Shown: positions 1 to 14,300, counted from the stretch's first letter. The stretch is DNA of 64,000 nt from Candidatus Kerfeldbacteria bacterium (GCA_047946875.1 CP181398.1:777041-841040); one strand, 5' to 3'. The notes: a model not told the origin generated them from the sequence alone. Made by a program: numbers and translations.

Positions 1-3000
1 GTAACCCTCCATCAAGACAATACCAAGTAGAAAAATTAGTATCAAAGTTATTATTGGTAGTAATAGTATCTATTTTAGGATATTGAACAGAATCTTCAAA
101 TGGTAAAGTTTCGCCAGCACTAACGTTTGGCCAAGGACTCTCACATAAAATATTCCTTATGGAAACATTCTGGGTCAAAGAACCATAATTAAAAGTTGAA
201 CCATCAGCACCTATGCTTAACGAAGCTGCTCCATTCTGATTATTTGAAGTTATGTATCGACTGTTATCTACTCCTGTTACTGTCGTAGTAAATATATCTA
301 CTGGATCATTCTCAGTCCATGCCCAGGTAAAAGAACCAATGGTAAGATTTTGATTATTATTATCACGGGGCGTTGCAGTATACAAATGTTGATTACCTGG
401 CATTGGTACATAATCTCCAAGACAAGCATCTCCTGCACAAGTAAATAAATCACCATAATATGAAATATCATAGGTGGATAATGGTAAAATAGTTGATTGA
501 ACTAATAAGTTATCAACCTGACAAATAATATCCCCCGTTGTAAATGAAATATGAAAATCAGGATATATATCAGGGTATACATTAGAAGTAAAATATACAG
601 GATCATGTTCCATAGCAATGCCTAGCGTAGATAACACTCCTTCCGGACCTGCTTTCATAAACAAATGATAAACTGTAGTTGGATCCATTAGGCCTGTTGG
701 ACTGATTATTATTTCGTCTCCGGCCAGACTTACAGAAGCTGTAAGTGGAATAAGCACTCCACCCTCTATTATCATAATATTAATGTCATTAACAGTGGCT
801 GGATCAATAGCAGCACCAGCAAAATAAATAGATATTGATGCATTCCTGCATACATTACCCGCACCATCAACTGGGATAGTACTCGTAATAAATGGGCGAT
901 TATAACAGCAAGTATCTTTACCACAAAACTCTGTACCACACTGCGCATCACCAGGGGCTGGGTCCGAAGGATCATAATCACAACCACAATACAGACCTCT
1001 TTGATTATTGGTACAATTACCTTTATTAGCTACGCAAGTCAAACCTGTGCTAGAAATTTGCTGATCATTTGGCTCATTCAGTACATTATTATTATTAACA
1101 TCTGGATCACAACATGTTATACAACTATTATTTGCAGGTACTCCTATAGTTGTTATTGTTTTTGGAGGAGCATCAAAATCTCCATTCCCATCTGGATCAA
1201 GATTTCCAGAATTATCTATACAACGATAATTATTGTCTGTAACTAAAGGTGCCGGTGCCCCACAAAATCCATTACTTGTAAAATTTGCCGGCAGTTGACA
1301 TGCACTTCCTGGACCACCTAAACTACAAAATCCACCAGATGGATCACATATATTAGTAGTAGTATTACAACAACTCCCAAAACCTGCATCGATACAGTGA
1401 CTATTATTACTACAACTGATGCCAAAATTTACCTCATTAGAATCACAATACAATGGTCCCGCAGGTTCAATCACAGAAATTCTAGTCTTGCCAGTAACAG
1501 CACCCAAAGGCACTGTAACATTATCAAAAGTTGTATCAAAACCTTGCCCAGTAATATCATTAATATATCCTCCAACTCCGTCATCAAATCGAGCTATCGT
1601 TTGTGGTGTATTATTCAAAGTTAAATTATAACCATTATAGGTAATTGGGTTAGTCCCTTCATAAGCAGCTGCTGGAACAACATTACATAACCCAGGTAAA
1701 CCCGTTATCGGTGGTTGCGCACCACTAGCACATAAGTTTGTTGCAGTAAACATTACTGTTGGCGCTTGTGCTGCATTTGATAATCCATCGACTGTATTAA
1801 TCCGTACACCATACAGACCTATAGCTGGTACATTTACAGTTGCGATTATTTCACTATCTGTCCAAGGATTAGCACAATTGAAGATTCCAGGGTTCCCACC
1901 AAATTCCAGAACTCCAGTAATATTACCAAAATTACATCCAGTAATTGTTACTGTAGTACCAGTCGGACCAGAGTCAGGATTAAGTCCCCAACCAAGAGGT
2001 TGTATAGGTGGTAATGGAACCGTCAAATCACCCACCCAAGGAGTACATTTAAAAGTAGTCAAATCACAAGTACTATGATTACCGTCAACAGGACAAGCGT
2101 TTTCACAATCAATATTATTAGTACAATCATTAATAGTTAACTCCCCTTGAATAGACGCATTACCGGGACCAATAATATCCTGAGCCGACGCCTCAACGAA
2201 TACTGGGGTTCCGTCGGTATTAACGTCAGTATGAATAACCGCATTATTACCACCTGGATTTGGAGGAACGATTGGGATTGTGGCACGTGCAGGACGTGGC
2301 GGTGCTGGATCAACTACCGTCCAAGTCCAATCAAATCCAATTGGATTCAATACTTGTCCAGCTAAGTTACAAGAATCAGGAAAACCAACCGCAGAACCTA
2401 TATAATTTAAATTTAGATTAATTTGTCTTGTAATAGGTATGCCAGGATTCATAACAACATTATCTATCTCACAAACAGTCGGATCAATCCTTGTTTTGAA
2501 TGTCCATGAATATGCATCAAGAGTTCCATCATCACTATCATCGAAATTCAAACCCCCTAAGCTACTTCCAGGGATAGCATTAATTTCTATCCCTTTCATT
2601 AAAACAACTCTATAATATGTATTTGGTGCAAGATTAGCATTAGGACTAATATCGATATTAGTAAAAGTAGTGAAAATACTAGTTGGATTATTACCTATCT
2701 GAGCTAAGCCAGTTACAAAGCTACAACTAGAATCTGTACAACTATATAATTTTACATTAGCAGCATTAATAGAAGCTGTGACGTCATAACTTACGTCAGC
2801 CTGAATCATCGCATTAACACAAGCGCTATCACAAACAGGACTTCTATTAATGACGACTGGATGGTTTGGAGGAATAGGCATAACTGTAAAATCTACTGGA
2901 TTACTGGCCCCAGCATTATTTATGATGGTTACAGCATTAAGTCCAAAAGTTGCAATATTAGGAGCAATACTTGGCACCTCTGTGCTAATAAAATTATCAA

Positions 3001-5218
3001 CCCAAGAATTAATTGGAGCGTCATTTGCATCAAAATTTACTACTTGAGTCACATTATGAGGATCAAATCTTATACCTGATAAACTCACCGTCGTACCATG
3101 ATAACCACTAGCTGGATTTATCCCCCAAATACAAGGTCCACCTGAAATATTAGGATCACTAACATAATAATAAGCACCAAGATTATCAGACGTAGCCACC
3201 CCAAAGGCTGGATCAATATAAGAAATCTCAATTTGTGGCTTCGGTCTCTCAAACTGCACAAACGGTGCAGGAATCGTACTTGTTAGATTTGTAGCTGTAA
3301 CCCCGCCAACTATACCAGGAGTAATTGGTGCTGGTGGTGGTGGTATAATATTGTGATCAGTAAATTCGAAATTTGTAATTGTTGCTGGATGCGCTGTTGT
3401 ACCTTGAAAACAAGAACCAACTACTGTAATACACTGTTCTCGTAATCCACTACCTGGGGCAATATGTGATATATATGGAGCACACTCACAAAGATCTGGA
3501 GTAGTTACTGAAAAACTCCAATCATATAGCAATGGATTTAAATCTTTATCTATTGGTTTATTTGTAATGACATGCACCGTGTAATCTACTCCGGAAACTA
3601 ATGGTACTGGATTAAGGGCGGCATCTGCTGGATGAAATTGAAATACTCTAAAATGATTATTTATCACATTACCAGCCACAGATAAATCCACGTCATCAAT
3701 TATTTCTATATAACCACCAATACCATAAATAGCATATGGACCAGCTGGTGGACGAGTAGAGGCGTCTATCATGGCCTCAAAATGATCTCCATTAGAACCA
3801 TCTATCATAATAGTAACTTCATCATAATACATGCTTGTATTGAAAGGTACGGTAATAACAATATCAGGACAGACTAATAAATCACCAGGAGCTGGATTTA
3901 CTAGTCCCACGCCAGGAACCAAATCATTAGTTTGAAATTCCCAAGGCAGATAAGCAACCATGTCATTGCCACACAAATCTTGTACTCCTGATACTGTTAC
4001 TCGATACCATGTAAATGGCTCCAAAACTAATCCAGCATCAAGATGAACACTAAAACCTTGTGGCGTAATATAAACATTAAGATCAGTAGTATTATTTACT
4101 GTACTATCTACAGCACCAAGCTGACCATCTAATTGCTCAAGTACAAAATTTGCTACTATTGGATGCCCAGGATTCATTGAATCATCTATAGTCGTCGCAT
4201 CTATTGCTTCATTAAAATTTATACTAAATATTGGGACTCTAGTTACATCTCTGTCTTCATAACTTGGACTTGCCTGATCAGACAATGGATATGTAGAAAC
4301 AATTTCGGGATCAACATCATCTACTGTAGTACCTACTTCAAACTGCCAATAATATGCATCATCAGTAGCTCCTGTTAGCGGATGATCATCTAAAATAGCG
4401 CCAGCTAAAGCATCAGCCAATGGATTAGACTTATTATCAGTTACTGATATAGGTATCCATAATCTGTAATTAGTATTTTGAACAAGACTGCCAAATAAAG
4501 TATCATCATGCTTCAAAGTAAAACCATTATTGAATGTTACTAATTCAAGCGGGGTTAGAAAAGGTGTGGCAGGAGGGCTAGGATAATGCCATCCACTCCA
4601 AATACCTGAGCCTTGTGGCAGAGTTTCTTCTTCAATATATATTAAGTCAGAATTGTCACCAGCAAATACGGCTGCAAAAGTAGCTGGATCAATTTTATTA
4701 TTAAACACAGACTGTAACCTACTACACATAGTTACATCCACAGCCCAATCAGTTCCAGAAGCAACACTTGTCTGAGTATAATTCCAAGTAAACTCATATG
4801 GTGGGAAAACACTACTAGAACCACTACCCGTACCAGGACCACCAGTAACTTTATTAGCTGTATCAACTATAAAGGAAACAATAGCCCAAGATAATAAAAC
4901 AATCACCAAGCCAATAGCAGCTTGGGTAATAATTTTCTTAGCTTTGGCAATTTTATCTTCGTTACCAGCTGCAGTCATCCAAATAAATCCACCGTAAATC
5001 ATCATTATAACCGCCACTAAACCAAGGAATCCTAAAGCCCACTGTATGATATTAATGATTGTTGACTCTAAATCTGCCGTACCTAAGCTCAATGTAGTAC
5101 CAATATTTGGGTCTACGGTCACAGCATATACCTGACTTGCAACAAGTAATCCACCAGCAATCAAAATGAATACAAACAAACCTGTGAATATTCCAAAAAA
5201 TATATTTTTTTTATTCAT
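1..5218 (-). CDS. Giant secreted/surface protein, paralog of the 3314-aa gene; N-terminal ~1740 codons only, 3' end runs off the window start
   Basis: The minus-strand frame is open from the ATG at 5218-5216 (MNKKNIFFGIFTGLFVFILIAGG...) to position 1. The DNA is near-identical to 10026-15243 (offset 10025). The encoded N-terminus matches the 3314-aa protein: signal-anchor, then a two-helix hydrophobic pilin-like segment. It is absent from the ORF track, presumably because it is truncated by the window edge. Confidence 0.6.
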   Translation of the reverse strand, partial: MNKKNIFFGIFTGLFVFILIAGGLLVASQVYAVTVDPNIGTTLSLGTADLESTIINIIQWALGFLGLVAVIMMIYGGFIWMTAAGNEDKIAKAKKIITQAAIGLVIVLLSWAIVSFIVDTANKVTGGPGTGSGSSSVFPPYEFTWNYTQTSVASGTDWAVDVTMCSRLQSVFNNKIDPATFAAVFAGDNSDLIYIEEETLPQGSGIWSGWHYPSPPATPFLTPLELVTFNNGFTLKHDDTLFGSLVQNTNYRLWIPISVTDNKSNPLADALAGAILDDHPLTGATDDAYYWQFEVGTTVDDVDPEIVSTYPLSDQASPSYEDRDVTRVPIFSINFNEAIDATTIDDSMNPGHPIVANFVLEQLDGQLGAVDSTVNNTTDLNVYITPQGFSVHLDAGLVLEPFTWYRVTVSGVQDLCGNDMVAYLPWEFQTNDLVPGVGLVNPAPGDLLVCPDIVITVPFNTSMYYDEVTIMIDGSNGDHFEAMIDASTRPPAGPYAIYGIGGYIEIIDDVDLSVAGNVINNHFRVFQFHPADAALNPVPLVSGVDYTVHVITNKPIDKDLNPLLYDWSFSVTTPDLCECAPYISHIAPGSGLREQCITVVGSCFQGTTAHPATITNFEFTDHNIIPPPPAPITPGIVGGVTATNLTSTIPAPFVQFERPKPQIEISYIDPAFGVATSDNLGAYYYVSDPNISGGPCIWGINPASGYHGTTVSLSGIRFDPHNVTQVVNFDANDAPINSWVDNFISTEVPSIAPNIATFGLNAVTIINNAGASNPVDFTVMPIPPNHPVVINRSPVCDSACVNAMIQADVSYDVTASINAANVKLYSCTDSSCSFVTGLAQIGNNPTSIFTTFTNIDISPNANLAPNTYYRVVLMKGIEINAIPGSSLGGLNFDDSDDGTLDAYSWTFKTRIDPTVCEIDNVVMNPGIPITRQINLNLNYIGSAVGFPDSCNLAGQVLNPIGFDWTWTVVDPAPPRPARATIPIVPPNPGGNNAVIHTDVNTDGTPVFVEASAQDIIGPGNASIQGELTINDCTNNIDCENACPVDGNHSTCDLTTFKCTPWVGDLTVPLPPIQPLGWGLNPDSGPTGTTVTITGCNFGNITGVLEFGGNPGIFNCANPWTDSEIIATVNVPAIGLYGVRINTVDGLSNAAQAPTVMFTATNLCASGAQPPITGLPGLCNVVPAAAYEGTNPITYNGYNLTLNNTPQTIARFDDGVGGYINDITGQGFDTTFDNVTVPLGAVTGKTRISVIEPAGPLYCDSNEVNFGISCSNNSHCIDAGFGSCCNTTTNICDPSGGFCSLGGPGSACQLPANFTSNGFCGAPAPLVTDNNYRCIDNSGNLDPDGNGDFDAPPKTITTIGVPANNSCITCCDPDVNNNNVLNEPNDQQISSTGLTCVANKGNCTNNQRGLYCGCDYDPSDPAPGDAQCGTEFCGKDTCCYNRPFITSTIPVDGAGNVCRNASISIYFAGAAIDPATVNDINIMIIEGGVLIPLTASVSLAGDEIIISPTGLMDPTTVYHLFMKAGPEGVLSTLGIAMEHDPVYFTSNVYPDIYPDFHISFTTGDIICQVDNLLVQSTILPLSTYDISYYGDLFTCAGDACLGDYVPMPGNQHLYTATPRDNNNQNLTIGSFTWAWTENDPVDIFTTTVTGVDNSRYITSNNQNGAASLSIGADGSTFNYGSLTQNVSIRNILCESPWPNVSAGETLPFEDSVQYPKIDTITTNNNFDTNFSTWYCLDGGL

Positions 5219-5227
5219 AAAATGATT
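1..5227. repeat. Copy 1 of a ~5.2-kb direct duplication; ~100% identical to copy 2 from ~1000 to 5227 and ~90% in 1-1000
   Basis: Six-frame ORFs 1001-1246, 1397-1624, 1419-1631, 1878-2078, 2147-2365, 2850-3047 and 2861-3079 have identical translations to ORFs at +10025. Direct reading of lines 4861-5220 against 14881-15245 shows only isolated SNPs, e.g. acctaaGctc versus acctaaActc. Confidence 0.9.
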
Positions 5228-5307
5228 TTTTGTAAAATATATATATTCTCCTATAAGAAACTCTAAAATTCATAGCACTTTAATAAAAATAATTTACTAA
5301 AATATTT

Positions 5308-8300
5308 TTATAACTCAATTATATCCCATATCGTTCCTACGCCAGGTATAGTTCCTTGTAAATTCCATGTTATCCCTTCATCATCCGAACGTGCAACATC
5401 ACCATTGCTTCCATAAACATATAATGCTCCATCTAGAACTTCTATTACTCCGCTCGAAATCGAGGCAGTGCCAACGTTAGTCCAAGTTACTCCATCATTA
5501 TTTGAACGATAAATTTGTGTAGCGGGACCGGACCCGACAGCCGCAAATAAATCACTATTAAATAAAACAATTGAGGATACCATTGTATAAATTCCAAAAT
5601 CTATCTGCATATTCCATGAAATACCATGATCAGGGCTAAGGTATATTCTGCCATACTGATCGTTTAATGCAGATGCTACGTCCTCGAAACGTGCGCCTAC
5701 AATTAAATTGCTATTTTGTTCAATTACCGCATCAACTCTCTTTACATCTACTCCTAAATCGCCGGGGTCGTCAAACCAAGTAATACCGTCATTTAATGAA
5801 TAAAACATATCACCATTTTCTTGAGTACCCGCCCAAAGGTCGCCACCAAAATCAATAATCGACCAAACGCGTATAGCACCCGCCAAATCACCGCTAGGAT
5901 TCCAACTTGCGCCACCATTATCTGAATAAAAAATATTACCTCCAGGACGAGTACCTGCCAGTAATCTATTATTATGATTAAGTATTATATCAATATTACC
6001 AGCATCAAATCCACCGATGGTTAAATTGGCTGTATCATACCACGTTGCCCCATTGTTATCTGAACGATAAATATTTCCATCAGGGCTTGAACCAACATAA
6101 TACGAACCTAATCGTTCGACAAAAGAATCTGCGTACACTTGTCCAGGTAAATCAACAATATGAGTCCAGGTGGCTCCACTATCATTTGTACCCCATATCC
6201 CTCCACTAACATTACCGGTAGCAGCTAAAAAGGTTGCGGCAGCAGGACAATCGGTGTCAGTTGCGAATGTACATACAGGAGCGCCTACTCCAGAAGGACA
6301 ACATCCGTTCCCATCTTGACATCCACAATCTGGATCTTGGACAACAGAACACAAAAGAGGACAACCACCACCACAGAGAGGTGTAGTTGGCACACAAGCA
6401 GGAGCCGCACCACCAAATGCATAAAGAGTAAACACAAAATCTACATCATTGGCAGGATTTACCAAATCAGCAAGTTTTATCCAATTATTACCATTGTCAG
6501 TTGATCTATAAACTGCAGCGCTTGTAGTACCAATAAACATTGCATTGTTATCAGAGGCTGAACTAATTATATTTAAAGCACCTGCGGGTACAGTTCCAAG
6601 GGCTGTCCATGTCCCAATACCAGATCTTCTATAAAAATTTTCACTATCTCCTCCAGCATAAACGAATCCTCCATTTTCCATTAATGTGTATATAGCAAGT
6701 GTAGGCATATTAGTAACAGTCCAAGTTACTCCACTATTTGTAGATTCATAAATATGTCCATTTTGACTAGCAACAATAATTGAACTTCCAAAGGATAATA
6801 TCTCACTTATAGTCCCTCCTCCGGTATCCATTACTTCAATACATGGTAAGGCTCCAGCAACGCATCTATAAACTTTACCGGTAAGCAATCCAGCATAAAC
6901 ATCAGAACCATCTTGAGCCAGGGCATCAACTTGAGTAGTAAAAACAGTCAGTAAATTCCACGTAGTTCCCAAATCAGATGATGTGAAAATTCCTTCATCT
7001 GTAGCTGCATATATTTTACCACCAAAAAATATGAGATCTTCAGCATCACCTGATGTACCAAGAGGATTAGGAGTAACAGCCCAATTAAGACCTCCATCGT
7101 TAGATATAAGAACAACATGTCCCCCTCCGGGTCCAAAAGAACCTTGTAAACCAGCAAATAAAACACCACCAACATTCAGAAAGGATTCAGGATAAGACGT
7201 ACCACCAGCACTAAAATTATTATTCCAAGTGGAACCGCCATCATTAGTTAAAAAAATATCTGCAGTTGAACCGGAATGTGTACCTACCATTATATCCGCA
7301 GCTATCGGTGGAATTGCCGGCGGTGGACAATCATTATCAGTTGCAAATGTACATCCCAATCCTGCAGGACAACACCCATTGTTATCTTGGCATGCACAGT
7401 CAGGATCTTCTACTATCGTACATATAGGAGGGCAAGCTGGGATACCACCACAGAGAGGGACACTAGGAACACAAACAGGGGCACCACATGCACCAGCCAC
7501 ACTAGGTATATTATCATAAAAACTAATATTGCCAGCGTTATCTTCTGCTATCACGTCTACATAAAATGATGTATTTGAAATATCAGAAGTCCAAACACCT
7601 TCAAAAATATTATCTAAGTCTGGGTCTGTCATTGCTACAGGATTATTAGCACTAATTACTGATATTCCATCAGGATTTTGTAATACTGCTTGTACACTAG
7701 CTATACCATCAGCGTCTGTAACCTCAGCCCTAAAACAAAAGTCAGTGCCTGTACCACCAGTAGGCGGATTAACAGTTGGCATGATAATTTGAGGTCCACC
7801 ATTTCCTCTAACATTAACCAATATTTCAATACTTTCACTCCTATTCCCAGCTGTATCTACTGCCTCTGCTTGAATAGAATGCCAACCATCAGTCAATACA
7901 TCTGTATTAATAGCATATGAGTATGGAACCAACGGATCAACAAACTGTCGATGATAATCAATATAGAAATTTACATGCTGAACACCACGATTATCATTAG
8001 CGTCTACTTCAATATCTATATCACCAACTACCGCTGTACCATAAATTGGCGTTGGTGGATGTATAAAAGATATTGTTGGCGCGATCTTATCATTCATCTC
8101 ATTATCTACAGGAATAGTTATAGTAGCACTACCAATATTCCCATACATATCATATGCATCTATCCGAATATCATGCTCTTCATTAAGATACCCTAAGGTG
8201 TCCCATTCCCAAGTCCATTGATTGTTAGCAACATGAGTTGCATTACCTCGGAAAATATTATCAACAAAAACTTGAACATAATCAATCCAATTCAAATCAT

Positions 8301-11300
8301 CTACTGTAATATCTATATCAATTACATCTTTTCTTTGACATATTATTCCAGCTCCACATGGAGTAACTTGATTACAAGGCGGGCCAACACCTGAACAAGT
8401 ACCCGGAATATTACCAATAGTAACTACTGGAGCAGTAGTATCAAAATTTTCTACCTTTACAAAAATAGTTTTAGTAGAAACAAGCGTTGTGTTATCTGTC
8501 GCCGTAGCTATAAGTGTATAAATACCATTTGGCGTATCTGGAGCAATTGGTGGACCAGTACAATCCCCAACAGTATCCCAAAGGTGTGTACCAGAATATG
8601 GATTTGATAATCCTCCAAACACATGAAGGGCACAAGGAGTTTCTACCCCATCACTATCAAACGCATGTATTTCTACACCTATAATACCGCCATCATCAGA
8701 AGCGACAACATCTATTGGTACAGTCCCCGTAATAGTCTGACCATCTGCCAAAGAAATAATATCAATGAAAGGAGGATTGTTAACAACTCCAGAATTATTT
8801 ATTACTAAAGTATATGTAGGGCTATTGCTCCAATTTCCAACATTGTCATATGCTTTTAATAGTAAACTATGATTACCATCAACATACTCATTAGAAATAA
8901 AATTCCATGACCAACTAGCAGGATCATCATCTGTATACTTGTATTGACCATCGATATAAAATTCTACTTTAGCTACACCCGTAGCTGTAGCAATAGGCAG
9001 ATCAGTCAAAATAACTTCTACGGCCTGTGTTCCATTAACATTATTAAAAATATTAGCTACCGGAGCAACAGTATTTAAAGTAACCGCATCAAACTGAGGA
9101 CCAACACGATCTGTGATCGTCCCAGTAACATTCTTAAAATAATTAAAACAATTACAATCTGCATTAGTAAAAGAACTGCATGGATCAAACACTCCAGCCA
9201 AACCGATATTCCAAGTATTGAATCCCCCATATATTAAGTATTCTAAATGTCCATAAAGATCTACATTCTTACCATCTGGAGATACTATATATTGATAAGT
9301 ATAAGAATTTGAAGGGCAGAAATATTCTTGATTTGTATCATCCCAACAAGTACTTGTATTAAAAGGTGCTAAACAAATATCAAAAATATTATAAGGATCA
9401 GTCGGCATACTCAATCCAAGACTTGAGCCCAACTTATCACTCCAAGAAGGCCAACCTGAAGAAGTAAGATTTTTGATATAAGTACCTCCTTCTAGTTTTG
9501 GAAATTCTCCATTTATTTCTTTATATTCCAAAGCGCCAGTATAAATGTCATTAAGATCACTAACTCTCTTCATATCTCGATGCATTTTTTCTTTATTAGT
9601 ATCTGTATCATTAATAGTAAATTTCCAATTAGCTAACAATGCATTATAAATACTTAATGTTTCAGCAGAAGCTCCTTCGTTATATGAAATCAAATATAAT
9701 TGTGGGTATAAGGCATCTCCAACCTGTGCTGCACCGTCAAAACCAGTACCTGAGATATTCCAAGCTGCTACATATACTGTTCTACCTGACCTGATCGCGT
9801 TATATCCATCCACTACAATATCTTGTGGGGCTGGGGCAGCAGAACCAAAATGATTAAAATACCATTCTCTAGCTGACTTACCTTCTTCATTTTCATAAAC
9901 CCTAATACCAATCGCATCGTCTGACAAATCTCGTAAGAAGAAAAATTCTTTTAATAATTCATCCACCCCAATAGTACTAGGTGTACCTTCATGAACCACC
10001 GTATCAATCACTAGTTTTAAGGTTGGTAACCCTCCATCAAGGCAATACCAAGTAGAAAAATTAGTATCAAAGTTATTATTGGTAGTAATAGTATCTATTT
10101 TAGGATATTGAACAGAATCTTCAAATGGTAAAGTTTCGCCAGCACTAACATTTGGCCAAGGACTCTCACATAAAATATTCCTTATGGAAACATTCTGGGT
10201 CAAAGAACCATAATCCGTACTAGCAACACCTATGCTTAACGAAGCTGCTCCATTCTGATTATTTGAAGTTATATATCGAGCATTTGGTGGACCTGGGTTT
10301 GTAGTTGTAAAAATATCTATTGGATCATTCTCGGTCCATGTCCAGGTAAAAGAACCGATGGTAAGATTTTGATTATTGTTATCACGGGGCGCTGCAGTAT
10401 ACGCATGCTGATTACCTGCCAAGCCTGGTACTGGTACATAATCCCCAAGACAAGCATCTCCTGCACAAGTAAATAAATCACCATAATCTGAAATGTCATA
10501 AGTGTATAATGGTAAAATAGTTGATTGAACTAATAAGTTATCAACCTGACAAATAATATCCCCCGTTGTAAATGAAATATGAAAATCAAGATATGGATCA
10601 GGGTATACATTAGAAGTAAAATAGGGACCTGGTTCCATAGCAATGCCTTGCGTAGATAACACTCCTTCCGGACCTGCTTTCATATACAAATCATAATTTG
10701 TAGTTTGATCCATTAGACCTGTTGGACTGATTATTATTTCATCTCCGGCCAAACTTACAGAAGCCGTAAATGGAATAGACACTCCACCATTTTCTAAAAT
10801 AATATTAGTATCATTAACAGTAGCTGGATCAATAGCAGCGCCAGCAAAATAAATAGATATTGATGCATTCCTGCATACATTACCCGCACCATCAGCTGGG
10901 ATAGTACTCGTAACATCTGGGCGATTATAACAGCAAGTATCTTTACCACAAAACTCTGTACCACACTGCGCATCACCAGGGGCTGGGTCCGAAGGATCAT
11001 AATCACAACCACAATACAGACCTCTTTGATTATTGGTACAATTACCTTTATTAGCTACGCAAGTCAAACCTGTGCTAGAAATTTGCTGATCATTTGGCTC
11101 ATTCAGTACATTATTATTATTAACATCTGGATCACAACATGTTATACAACTATTATTTGCAGGTACTCCTATAGTTGTTATTGTTTTTGGAGGAGCATCA
11201 AAATCTCCATTCCCATCTGGATCAAGATTTCCAGAATTATCTATACAACGATAATTATTGTCTGTAACTAAAGGTGCCGGTGCCCCACAAAATCCATTAC

Positions 11301-14300
11301 TTGTAAAATTTGCCGGCAGTTGACATGCACTTCCTGGACCACCTAAACTACAAAATCCACCAGATGGATCACATATATTAGTAGTAGTATTACAACAACT
11401 CCCAAAACCTGCATCGATACAGTGACTATTATTACTACAACTGATGCCAAAATTTACCTCATTAGAATCACAATACAATGGTCCCGCAGGTTCAATCACA
11501 GAAATTCTAGTCTTGCCAGTAACAGCACCCAAAGGCACTGTAACATTATCAAAAGTTGTATCAAAACCTTGCCCAGTAATATCATTAATATATCCTCCAA
11601 CTCCGTCATCAAATCGAGCTATCGTTTGTGGTGTATTATTCAAAGTTAAATTATAACCATTATAGGTAATTGGGTTAGTCCCTTCATAAGCAGCTGCTGG
11701 AACAACATTACATAACCCAGGTAAACCCGTTATCGGTGGTTGCGCACCACTAGCACATAAGTTTGTTGCAGTAAACATTACTGTTGGCGCTTGTGCTGCA
11801 TTTGATAATCCATCGACTGTATTAATCCGTACACCATACAGACCTATAGCTGGTACATTTACAGTTGCGATTATTTCACTATCTGTCCAAGGATTAGCAC
11901 AATTGAAGATTCCAGGGTTCCCACCAAATTCCAGAACTCCAGTAATATTACCAAAATTACATCCAGTAATTGTTACTGTAGTACCAGTCGGACCAGAGTC
12001 AGGATTAAGTCCCCAACCAAGAGGTTGTATAGGTGGTAATGGAACCGTCAAATCACCCACCCAAGGAGTACATTTAAAAGTAGTCAAATCACAAGTACTA
12101 TGATTACCGTCAACAGGACAAGCGTTTTCACAATCAATATTATTAGTACAATCATTAATAGTTAACTCCCCTTGAATAGACGCATTACCGGGACCAATAA
12201 TATCCTGAGCCGACGCCTCAACGAATACTGGGGTTCCGTCGGTATTAACGTCAGTATGAATAACCGCATTATTACCACCTGGATTTGGAGGAACGATTGG
12301 GATTGTGGCACGTGCAGGACGTGGCGGTGCTGGATCAACTACCGTCCAAGTCCAATCAAATCCAATTGGATTCAATACTTGTCCAGCTAAGTTACAAGAA
12401 TCAGGAAAACCAACCGCAGAACCTATATAATTTAAATTTAGATTAATTTGTCTTGTAATAGGTATGCCAGGATTCATAACAACATTATCTATCTCACAAA
12501 CAGTCGGATCAATCCTTGTTTTGAATGTCCATGAATATGCATCAAGAGTTCCATCATCACTATCATCGAAATTCAAACCCCCTAAGCTACTTCCAGGGAT
12601 AGCATTAATTTCTATCCCTTTCATTAAAACAACTCTATAATATGTATTTGGTGCAAGATTAGCATTAGGACTAATATCGATATTAGTAAAAGTAGTGAAA
12701 ATACTAGTTGGATTATTACCTATCTGAGCTAAGCCAGTTACAAAGCTACAACTAGAATCTGTACAACTATATAATTTTACATTAGCAGCATTAATAGAAG
12801 CTGTGACGTCATAACTTACGTCAGCCTGAATCATCGCATTAACACAAGCGCTATCACAAACAGGACTTCTATTAATGACGACTGGATGGTTTGGAGGAAT
12901 AGGCATAACTGTAAAATCTACTGGATTACTGGCCCCAGCATTATTTATGATGGTTACAGCATTAAGTCCAAAAGTTGCAATATTAGGAGCAATACTTGGC
13001 ACCTCTGTGCTAATAAAATTATCAACCCAAGAATTAATTGGAGCGTCATTTGCATCAAAATTTACTACTTGAGTCACATTATGAGGATCAAATCTTATAC
13101 CTGATAAACTCACCGTCGTACCATGATAACCACTAGCTGGATTTATCCCCCAAATACAAGGTCCACCTGAAATATTAGGATCACTAACATAATAATAAGC
13201 ACCAAGATTATCAGACGTAGCCACCCCAAAGGCTGGATCAATATAAGAAATCTCAATTTGTGGCTTCGGTCTCTCAAACTGCACAAACGGTGCAGGAATC
13301 GTACTTGTTAGATTTGTAGCTGTAACCCCGCCAACTATACCAGGAGTAATTGGTGCTGGTGGTGGTGGTATAATATTGTGATCAGTAAATTCGAAATTTG
13401 TAATTGTTGCTGGATGCGCTGTTGTACCTTGAAAACAAGAACCAACTACTGTAATACACTGTTCTCGTAATCCACTACCTGGGGCAATATGTGATATATA
13501 TGGAGCACACTCACAAAGATCTGGAGTAGTTACTGAAAAACTCCAATCATATAGCAATGGATTTAAATCTTTATCTATTGGTTTATTTGTAATGACATGC
13601 ACCGTGTAATCTACTCCGGAAACTAATGGTACTGGATTAAGGGCGGCATCTGCTGGATGAAATTGAAATACTCTAAAATGATTATTTATCACATTACCAG
13701 CCACAGATAAATCCACGTCATCAATTATTTCTATATAACCACCAATACCATAAATAGCATATGGACCAGCTGGTGGACGAGTAGAGGCGTCTATCATGGC
13801 CTCAAAATGATCTCCATTAGAACCATCTATCATAATAGTAACTTCATCATAATACATGCTTGTATTGAAAGGTACGGTAATAACAATATCAGGACAGACT
13901 AATAAATCACCAGGAGCTGGATTTACTAGTCCCACGCCAGGAACCAAATCATTAGTTTGAAATTCCCAAGGCAGATAAGCAACCATGTCATTGCCACACA
14001 AATCTTGTACTCCTGATACTGTTACTCGATACCATGTAAATGGCTCCAAAACTAATCCAGCATCAAGATGAACACTAAAACCTTGTGGCGTAATATAAAC
14101 ATTAAGATCAGTAGTATTATTTACTGTACTATCTACAGCACCAAGCTGACCATCTAATTGCTCAAGTACAAAATTTGCTACTATTGGATGCCCAGGATTC
14201 ATTGAATCATCTATAGTCGTCGCATCTATTGCTTCATTAAAATTTATACTAAATATTGGGACTCTAGTTACATCTCTGTCTTCATAACTTGGACTTGCCT

